Positions 53,292-64,000 of a stretch of 64,000 nucleotides of DNA are shown one piece after another (the stretch's first letter is position 1; the number at the start of each line of letters is the position of its first letter). A program made the translations under genes and the position numbers. The DNA comes from Syncephalis fuscata S228 (taxonomy: Eukaryota; Fungi; Zoopagomycota), in assembly GCA_025786725.1 (NCBI GenBank), contig JAHLTZ010000065.1:1-64000 (forward strand), given 5' to 3'. Under the pieces are notes generated by a model. The model saw nothing but the letters and a program-made list of their open reading frames with translations. It was not told where the DNA came from and did no database searches.

Positions 53292-56030
53292 CAATCTATT
53301 GAACATAATGATGGGTAGTGAGTAACATCAATCATCAAATACTCAGCATCATAGATTATTATCCAGTATGCATATATCCACCATTTACTTATATCATTCT
53401 ATGATATACTAGACACATTCTATTGTTTATATGTTTCAACACACTTCACTCAGTCTACTTGTTGTGTTATATGCACCATAACTTTAACATTGTTTTATAT
53501 GCCTTCTCACCGTGCATTTATTAGTTTATATGTCATTTTATACTCGTCCATCCATGCTCTATCCAAAACTATTTTCATTTTTGTTCTAGCGTTATTATTA
53601 ACAACTGTCAACTAATGTCGCTCATTGATCATGCATATATGCTCAGTAACTATACCACTGCTGTCCATACTTTTTACTTTGTATATTCGTTTTATTATCC
53701 AGTAAATACGCGCTAGCTATTACCGTTGTCTGTTTGGTTCTAGCACCATTATTAGAAAAGTTCACGCAAGTTGCTTATCTGCTCATGCATATATGCTCGA
53801 TAGCTTTAACAAAGCTAGTTGCCTTTTTAATTAGCATAGCTGATAGCTGTTATGCTATTTTACCGTACAGTTACTATGCGCTATCAATAACTACTGCCAG
53901 CTTGACGCCAGCTTTAATATTGACAAGTTTGACTTGTTTCGCTTAGTCATTCCTTCCCAAGGCGCACTATAGCTTTAATGCTGCTATTCATACAATTACT
54001 TTTGGTATTTATTTGCTCCATATTATTGTATGCTTAATGGCTATGCTTTATTTGCAGAAGCTATACGTTCCTTGTTAGCTGTTTGTTTCAAAGTTTAGCT
54101 CTGAGCACTTCTTTTACTTATTACACACAAACGCGCAAGTATAATAACCTTCTTACACTGCTAATGCTCTTTTTGCTGTTTTCCAGTGCTGATATGTTGC
54201 AATGGTATGAGACGAGCCAGTGATGAACTGGTATAAGCTATTACACCAAATAAAGCTTGTTATTACAAAATAGATATTCACTATGGGTGTTGTGTATACG
54301 TGGTTTAAAAGTGTCGTATAGCTTATTGCAGAGTAATCATGTATTGTGCTATAGCTACTTGAGCATAAGGACAAAGTGTACGTATATTTACGATGTGGCC
54401 GTAGACAGTGCTGGTTACTCTATTCGACGCAATTAAAAGCAATAATAAACTTGGCCAAAAATAATTTGCCCTAAGATCTTATTAGATGGATTGCATTAGT
54501 ATTCAACATATAAGCCATTGGTATTTACTGTAACTACAAGCTTGAAGCTGATCTCATTTAGCTGCTTTGAATGCTGCCTAGATGATCAGCATTGTTTAAA
54601 ATAAAGCCATACTTGATATTGCCAAATAAACGGACTTACTATGTTATTTGTAAAGTTTAGCATATATCATTTTTACGCTTAATCGGTTAAGCCGTGTAAT
54701 CTAGATTTAATCCACCAGCTTATCGCGTTGTAAAAAGCTTGCCAATATTAATGTTCAGACAATATAATGACAGTAATAAAGACTCTTTTGCAATAAGTGT
54801 ACAAGAAAATACACGGTTTAATACATATTACACTAATAGTTACATGCACTGAAGATTCTATTGGAATGTTTGTAGCTGCTTATACGGAAGACTAAGAGCA
54901 ATTGCGTAGTACATTGGTCATAGGCGGTTTTAGACGACTCATGTTTTATTACGACATTTTCCACAACTATCACAATACATAAGCTGGCTTTACCGCTCCT
55001 CCGAACCAACACTGCACCTTTATCTTCTCTTTCTACTCTTTACCACTCGATATACGCTACACTCATTCGCTCTTACTGCCATTTGTTGTCCAATATGCTT
55101 TGCACTCGCTAGACGTCTAATGATTACAAGATCACTGCTGGTTGCTGCTATATGTACTAAGGTCGGTAAACGGGCGTGGGAGGTGCGATGCAGTTGTGCC
55201 TTTTGGCTATGAAGCACTGGATATGCAGTGTTCTAGAAGCTATATATCACGCAGTGTGTACTCCAGCATGCTGTAGAAGGCGCTTGTCTGCACATAGTTG
55301 ATTGGTCTTTTGTATAGTAACATTGGTACGCTTACCGTGTGTTTGTTTGCGAGGTTGCCTTGCTGAGTATCTGGCTGTTGAGGCGACATAAGGTTTGCGC
55401 TTGAAGATATCTGATATCTGATGGTGCAGAGCAAATGTTGTTTGGACAACCACTACTTATTGCGGTGTAGTCAAGCAGCAAACATCATTGGCACATATGG
55501 CTCATCTCGTTTACTGACCCTCTTCAATAGATATAGATTTAAGCGATATTTAGATTTGGCAAGAACAGGGCCACAATATGCTGTACAGTCATCCGGTTTG
55601 TACTAGTCTATCATTATTTATGTATTTCTTTGTTTAAATAAATAAATGTAGCATTTCTTATTTATTAACATACTACTATTAGTTGCGTTCATATAAATAC
55701 AGACATCTTCCCTTTAATAATAGTACTAGTTGTTTCTGCTATTGTTATTACACTGATAATAAACAACCTATTAATCATTGAATGTGCTTTGAAGGCAAAC
55801 GATTAAATTTGATGCATCCATGCAGTTGAACTAAACAATTGCTTTATTGAACATGATGATGGGCGGTGAGTGATGTCAATTATCAAATACTCATCATCAT
55901 AGATTTATTATCCAATACTATTATATATCATTCTATGATATACTAGACACATTCTATTGTTTATATGTTTCAACACACTTCACTCAGTCTACTCGTTGTG
56001 TTATATGCACTATAACTTTGACACCGTTTT
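53292..56030. repeat. ~200-bp dispersed repeat (53292-53500 / 55845-56030), partial echo near 59690
   Basis: Shared TTGAACAT.ATGATGGG..GTGAGT...TCAAATACTCA.CATCATAGATT and ATATCATTCTATGATATACTAGACACATTCTATTGTTTATATGTTTCAACACACTTCACTCAGTCTAC. Confidence 0.7.
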
Positions 56031-58453
56031 GCATACTCTATATTTTATATCTATTCTGGTATATCCTATTCTATATAAACAAGTTGCAAGCTGCTTAAAG
56101 CCGGTATTCATTTGACTCTAGCGTCATTAATAGTAATACTTAACCTATCGCGCTTATTGGCTGTTGGCTTATTGAACTATAGCACTATAGCTTCAATGCA
56201 TTACTCACGCCTCTCTGTTATATATTCATTCTATTATAATGCATTCCATTATATAGCACCTAATATATACTCAAAACTGTCGTCTATTTGTCAATAGTTT
56301 TATTGTTTACAAATTCTAATTCAGTTGGATTATTGAGCTATATGCGCTATAGTTTCACCGCTATCACTCATGCCTTTCCTTTGTATATTCATTCTATTAT
56401 ATGTAATTCTAGTATATAGTATTGCAGTTTATTTGGAACTGTTTTGCCGTCCGGCGTTAGCTCTGCTCATTATGGTTTTTGTTTATCTCGCTCATTTGTT
56501 CATGCATATATATACACTATAATGTTAATACTACTATTTACACACATTTGTTTTGTTTTGTTTTTGTCTTATATCGTTGCATAGTCTAATAGCTAGCATT
56601 ATTGGTAAAAGTTGCTTGCTTGTCGCTAGCTGTATTTGTTAAAAATTCAACTCTACTGCTTCTATTGCTTATTGAGTGTATGCATAGTAACTTTATCAAG
56701 ATCATGTATTATTTAAAGTAAATCTAGCTATTGCAGGATGAGTGTTGGCCAAGGATGTAGCATATATATAAGTATTATAATTATCCTATATTGTTTATTG
56801 AAAAGTAATCACAGTGTTTTATAGCTATTCAAGCATAATAATAAAGCACAGACACAGTAGCAATAGAATCGGTAATAATATAGCGCGATGCACGTTGATT
56901 ATTAATTCACTACATTACAGCGACAGTTAAGGCAATTTGCATATTACTACAGTATACATAGCGTAACAAGCATATGTTGTTTAGAATACAATGTCAGTAA
57001 ATTATAGATATGCTTGGGCATTTGAGATTAGTAAGCAAGCTGAATGTTTTGGCATAGTATCAACCGATACGGATGTCAACGCGTTCAAACAGCTAAGTCC
57101 TTAGTGCGCAATAGATTACTGATCGCCAGACAACTTGTAATTTATGCTGCAGCACTTGAAGCGGTCGCACTTTTACTTAGAATGTTGCCGAGTATAGCTA
57201 CGTGTACAATTAGATATATATATACATTACTATTTGTCGTATTCTGCCAAGTACTTGTGCAATACTGTGTCTAGTATGTCTAGTAAACTACAACCATACC
57301 TACCGAGTACACTGATATACACATCCATGCATGTATTTTACATATAGCAAAACCATCAGCTATTTATAATGTAAAACAACAAGCTATTACAAACTGTTGT
57401 AGTAGTGAACTGGCTACATAAGCTAAATGATATGTATCTGCATCAGTAACAAAACTACGGTAATTACAACTCACTTACCAACAAACCACCTTTAAACCAA
57501 GTTTCAATATAAACGTGCTGTATAAAGCATTGGCATTGTTTATGGTGTTAAAAGTATACAGATATACTAGAATATAAATCAATCAAATAAGTAACGAAGC
57601 AATTGTATAAATAAAATACACTGTATGTTATGAATATTAAATATATACAAGTGACTTGAATAAACACCATTATATGTTATTACAGCTACATGTATTGTGT
57701 AAATGATTTGCTATTGCTTCAGCCGTGTACACGCGTTATTAATAGGCGCTATTAATACGCGATAGGCATGGTGGTGGCGTATTTATGAAAAGTAAACACA
57801 AGACCACGTGCTTTGTCTATTTGTTGTTGTGATCACGCCATCCAGTTTATCGGACTATTTACCGGTTTAGCAAGGTGTACACGGACCATTTGATATTATG
57901 TCCGATGCAGGCCTGTTTTGGTTAGTGAGATTGCATTAAGCTGCATGAGTACAGGAAGATGCTACAAGTTGTGTATACAGCTACTCAATACAATAAACGA
58001 TAATACAAAGTATTGGATGTGAGTGTAAGATAATTAAGTAACGATTTACTATGTAAAAAGCCGCGCAAAATCAATCTGTAGTGTTCTATAACGCTTTCTG
58101 TTTATTTCCTTTCACAACTCTGTTTACTTACTTACTACATTGCTGTAGTTTTGTTGTTATTGTTTATAAATTGTTTATTAAAGGTAAGCAAGTGTTGCGT
58201 TTGCGCTGATTAATGGATAGTGCTATGACTGCTGCACCAAGTTGTTTTGTTGCGTAACACTTTGCACTGTGCATGCTTTGCTTGTTTACTTATTCAACCG
58301 CGTATTGCATCCTTGGCACATGCATAAATCATCTACCTAATTAAACTGAATAGTTTGGTTGGTTATGCTGCGCTCGCACTTGAGTTTTATATGCTAGCTA
58401 CATGGTATTGATTATCTGTTATGTGCGCTTTGCTATAGCTTAAGTAGTTCAAT

Positions 58454-59146
58454 ATGACTACTTCATGTCATACACGCGGCGGCATAATTGCTGCCACCTT
58501 ACCTTTGCGCGTTCAGAAACGCACCTTTTCTGAGACACATATGGCGCAAGGTAACAAGACGGTCTTGAAAAAGGCCCGCGTGACAAAGTCCGTATCGGAT
58601 CGGATACTGACTTTGTCAACACCAGTCTTTGCTGGACCTACGTTCAGCTTTTCTGCCCATTACTACTGCTTAACTGGGGTGTTTACGAGACAGCCCCAAT
58701 GGATGGTGTTGAGGCAGTCGATGCCTTCACCTTTGGCTCGCATTACAGCTCGCCCAGCGGTGCTGCTGACGAGGCAGTGCCAATGGATGGTGTCGAATAC
58801 ACCAGCAAGCGTCAACCTGAAAAGCAAAGGCATGCAAAAACGGGGCAGCTTTCAAAATGGCAGCTCCAAAGCCGCGCCGTCACGGTGTTGTGCGCGGCAC
58901 CAGTGACCAGGTTCAGGCAAGTACAAGTAGTAATGCGGCGGGGAAACAGCCGGCAGTTCAAGAAGTGGCTATTCGGCGGCCACAAATCCGCCTTACCATA
59001 GACGGAAAAGGCGTACTCCTATAAAGTACGGTAAGTAAATGTATCAATCAAATAAAGCAATACTAATACTACTTTAGATACCATTGTAATAAGGCGGGGC
59101 CAACAGATAAGCGGCACTGTACACCGGGCTCTGTCGTTCAACTATA
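58454..59146 (+). CDS. Hypothetical protein or gene remnant
   Basis: GC-richer island with overlapping ORFs 58454-58906 and 58699-59001, and a GT-AG intron at 59031-59077. No known motif. Confidence 0.35.
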
Positions 59147-62100
59147 GAACTTGACAGGGACTGGGAACAGTAGCCACTTGTCGTTTTAATGGGCTAGCCA
59201 CTTTTGCCGAATCACATTTTGTTTTATTTTGTTTTATAAGCTTTGTACTAATAAATCAGTTTACAATCACTTATTACAAATTAATACCAATACTAATGTT
59301 TAGACAACAACTATTTAGGCAATAAAATACAACACCACTTCTGGACTATTAATCGATTTAAATTAATAGATCATTTATTGTAAGTAACATATTAATGAAT
59401 ATTAATATTTACATCCAATTAATACTGTTTACTAGATTTACAACAACTGGAAACTACTGTATTACTTTGTACAAATATATAATCGATTGACGAGTACAAA
59501 GAATTATTATGCGATATTTATATTTGATTTATTTGAACAATTGGCAAGCTATACTGTATAGTAATAGCAAGTATATAACACTTTCTGTTGCTCAATTGCA
59601 TTTAGCACTACATAATTTGCCTCTATAAGCAATTTATTATTCATTTAGTATGATTTGGGATTGAATGGATAAATTAATCATATTTATTTATTGATATAAA
59701 ACTGAGTGGTGGGTGACGTCAGTCATTAAAATACTTGCCATTACAAATTCATCATCCCTGTCACTATGCATATGTTTTATATAAATACAGCATCTTCTCA
59801 TTGCATAGCTATTATATTGCATATAGTTATCTCTCATAGCAGCTATTTTATATTTAAGACTATTTTCAGTCGACCGCTGGTTTCTTTTGCTCGTTACCCT
59901 ATATACACACACACAATAGCTCTCTTACTATTATTTATAATGCCATCATTATTTGGCAGTATTAATATATTGTCTATTTCAAAATAGCTATGCATTACTT
60001 TTACAAATGCTCAAGCATAAGGACTAAATATAGACAAACCAAAATAGGATTATCAGTAGTGGTTGTCATAGTGTGGCATAATCGTCAACGTTTACAACAC
60101 AATAATAATTAACTGCTTTCATTGCTGCATATAATAGCAGCTCGATTTAACAGCAAACGGCAAATAATAAATATTCAAATTAACTATAGCTACTATATTT
60201 AATACAATTAGTATTTGCCTAAAAGCGTGCCTGTTCAATTGGTATTAACGTTCATTGTCGTTATTTGGGGCTTGAAGTACTATCAACCATACGGTACAGA
60301 TTAATGAGCTATTAACAGCATTCATTAGCCATACCATGTACAGCCTAAACTCGATTACACATGTTACCTAATCATGATACTGCACAGGCATACTTGCATC
60401 CAAGTAATAACAATACTGTGTAGCACCATATAATGCCAACGTTACCTATATGCTAATAAATATATGCTATATCGGTATTGTACATAATACATTAGTCTTA
60501 TTAGTGCTTTGACACAGCATATTAATTTTTATAGAGCAATTTGTGTGTAGCGACACAAACAATACATTATCCATCATACAATTGCTTTCTTTTTGCTTAC
60601 AACAAACCCACTGCTGTTTTATTGTTTAACACTATCTTTTAACAAGCAAGTAATTGAGAATACACATATATTGCCTTTATAATTGCTGCTTGTTGTGTGC
60701 ATTTTGATTTGCGCCGTATACTTTTTTATTACTTGTATATAAAGTGCTGCTTAGCGGTTTGGACTTTTGTTTGCAATTGTAGCCGCGTTTTTGTTATATA
60801 TATTATTAACATAATGTTAATTGTTTGCATTTTGTGCATATTAGTATACTAAATCCATGTATTTATAACTAACAATCCAATGCATTCGAGCCTCGCAGAG
60901 TGTCATTGCTGCGCCACAGAACAACAATGGTTACTTATGACAATAACATGTACACTGTTAGTAGTCAGGTAACTGCTTATATACAAAAAATTTAGTGTTT
61001 AAATTTGATTAATTTATCTGTACACAAGTATTATTGTCACCACTGGTGTGTATGGTTAGTGGCTGACCAGGCTAATGCAAACTGTTGCTAAGCCGTCACT
61101 TGAGCATGCAGCAATTGAGGAGCGACTGAATTATAACCATGTAAATACCAAAATATTGCATGTAGGTGCATTTATTATGCTTTTAAATTATATGCTAATA
61201 TGTAAACCATAAAATCATAGACAACAGTTGAGATCATTACTCGACTAGCGGTCGATATGTTTGCGGTGATGTTACCTCCAACTGGTCAAAAATAATTTTG
61301 AAAGGGGAATACAAACCGACCTGTAAAAACGTTAAACTGGCGATGTTTGTGCCACAATATATGTAAACATCGCTAGTGTCAATAATATGCTGTGCAACGA
61401 CACAGTTACAATCGGCAGCAACACTATGCAGTTGTCGCTAAACAATAAGGTAGGACGGCTGCCATCAAGACATTCTCTGTTTTCTCTTCTTCGTATTTCC
61501 TTTCACATCCATCGCACATTACTTTTTTTTCTTTTTTTCTTAGCCAGACTACTCCTATCAAAGAGGTAGAATACACAGATGCCTATGATCTGGCACCGGT
61601 GCAACAAAACACAATCATAAGTAATAGTGATTACAGCATAGCAATATTAATAGCATAGCAATATTAATAGCATACTTAATTGTAAATAACAATAGTTTGG
61701 GCGGACCAAGTAAGCCGTGGCAGTAAACCGGGCTTTGTCGATTCTAATTATACCTCGGCAAAAACTGAAAACAATTACTGCTTACTCTCAATGGGCTAGC
61801 TTATTCTGGCCGTGGCTGAATGTTTGTATTAGCAATTCTAGCTGTTACAATAAAATCAGTGTTAAGTACAAAGAACCAACTAGCAATGCAAACAAATAAT
61901 AACAATAATAATAGTACATCATTTTCATTCACTGCAACACAATAAAAATTAAAATAAAAAAATCCAAATTAAACAAGTATCACGATGTATAAACTATAAA
62001 CGTTATGCTAACAAGCAAACAATTAGAGCATTAGACACTGCGAAATATATAATGTATTATTATAATGTAACACGTAAATATTTGCAAAAAAGAGCTATTT

Positions 62101-64000
62101 CTAATTAGTGTATAAATAGTTATATATAGCAATAATGGCAACCTTGAGTAAAGTAATGTGGCATATCATGCCGATGGTTTTAGCATTTATATTTAATCTA
62201 GCCAAAAACCTTTACCAAATAACATAAACTACGCAACAGCTATCTCGTTGATTTGGTTTGTATAAATATGCCCCGTATCTATTCCATGTTAAATCCAGTA
62301 TATTGGTTTATTGCATTCAATGGAATCTACTTTATCTAACTATGATTAATGAACATTGGATAGCCCTAAATAGTATTTGTATAAACAATAGGTTTTTTGT
62401 TTGGTAAAGTACCATCTTTACAAATAAGCTGGCGAGACCAGGTATTATATGATACCGAGTTGTCTTCAGTTTTGAAGCATTCATAGTTAGACTATCGCCA
62501 ATTGATGCAATCATTAAACTACTCATAACCGCTACAATGCTTTAACAGTATACTATGGCAAGACAAAGACGAAGAAAATGTACATAAGTTAAATAATGAA
62601 GTAAAAAAGACTGCAACAGCAATGGTAATGACGATGTTTATTGATTACGCTGTTGCAGCACCAAGAGTAAGAAATAGTGGTTTGTGTAAATAGTGTTGAT
62701 ATATATATTAACTATAACTATACAAAGTATTGTTATTGTTGATTGTAATCAAAAATACGTATTGATAGCCATTACATATAGGCTATGTTCAATATTCTAA
62801 TGCTATTCATATACTACTAATGATAATTAATAAACCAATTATACTATTAATCATGCTGATCAGGCAACATAAATACGTGACCAATAATGATGATGATGAA
62901 TCTTAATATAAATACATTAAGAACGGCAGGCATTACCACATAAATTAACGTTAACAATTAACAATTGACTATGCATTAAATAACTGATTAATTAACATAC
63001 TTTTTGGTTAGTATTTGTGTAGGCTTATATTGTCAAAATGGCAAAGGGGACTGTTACAGCCTTTTTGATTGATCAAGCAATTTTCATTGATTTTTAGTTC
63101 CATCATTAATTTAGCTAAAAGTATTTAATGCCATTTATTATGGCCGCATAGTTTTAGGGCATCGATACATATAAATGATGTATTCTTAAAAAATTATGCA
63201 AAAGTACTAACAGCTAAAAAGTGCTTGAAAATATCATTTTTTGGGACAATATTGTTGCTTCTGCTTGTAACATCTTTCCGTGATTTTTCAAAAATACATA
63301 ATTTATATGTATCAGTGCCCCAAGATTATGCAATTGTAATAAATTTATTGTGTATTTATAGCTATATTATTAATGGAATTAAAAATTAGCGAAAATTGCT
63401 TAATCAATCAAAAAAGCAGCAATAATCTTTTTTGCCATTTTGGTAATAAAAACACACAAATACTAATCAAAAGCTGCATTAATTAGTCAGTTATCTAATA
63501 AACAGTCAATTAGATTTTTGTTAGCACTTATTAATTTTTCATGTTGCCTAGCTAGTTTTGTTAATGCCATGGCTGGTCTATTAACATTGATTAGTAGCAT
63601 ATGATTAGACATTACAATATTGACACTATTGATATACAATAACTATTAGCATGTATTTGATTACAATGAATAGTTATAGAAATAGTATCAATTGATGGTG
63701 CTACATGTGCATTAACATATATCGCAACAATTGCATATTGCTTGACTATATTGTTTGCTAATACAGCAGCCAGTATGTACAACTTATTAGCGTATTAGCA
63801 TTAGCCACTAGTAATGTAGGCTGGCTGTTACCGATAATACTGTAAGCATACTAGGCAGCAGTTTTATACTCGTATTTATTACTGATGAATGCTAGTGTTG
63901 TTGTTGCTATGTATCACTAGATGCGTATGTATATAAATATCAGCTGTCTGATATGGCGTTTATATTGTAATATTAACAACAATGCTAGTAGTGATTACTA

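Overview
AT-rich, intron-dense eukaryotic DNA from an early-diverging fungus. A Zoopagomycota/Syncephalis-like mycoparasite is my inference from gene content and style, not something shown by the sequence. Conserved genes: OMA1, RAD2/XPG, a carbonyl-reductase SDR, URA5/pyrE, PEX10, BET3/TRAPPC3, AVO1/SIN1, WDR83/MORG1, PIM1/Lon and a Tea4/Bud14-like SH3 protein. Accessory genes: three PA-like + multi-TM paralogues, a secreted pseudokinase and a small secreted Cys protein. The main discovery is at 15121-18763 (minus strand). What looks like an ~81-bp satellite is a gene whose mature peptide is encoded almost one codon per exon. It has 33 micro-exons (32 x 3 nt, 1 x 6 nt) separated by 34 GT-AG introns, mostly repetitive, after a signal/pro-peptide exon. 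Splicing gives MKLSIAVVCTVFVALIATTAIVNARSIKMDDKPALVRR|YSYSCDQCVRDQCDPNSWKITRWFCKREWCSNYC*, a secreted 6-Cys peptide. Two tRNA-derived SINE-like copies sit in its introns. Also seen: two U12-type AT-AC introns in RAD2, several GC-AG introns and a three-copy TA-flanked MITE family. Several genes carry single-base frameshifts, mostly in homopolymers, that are probably assembly errors. Exon coordinates were derived by hand.
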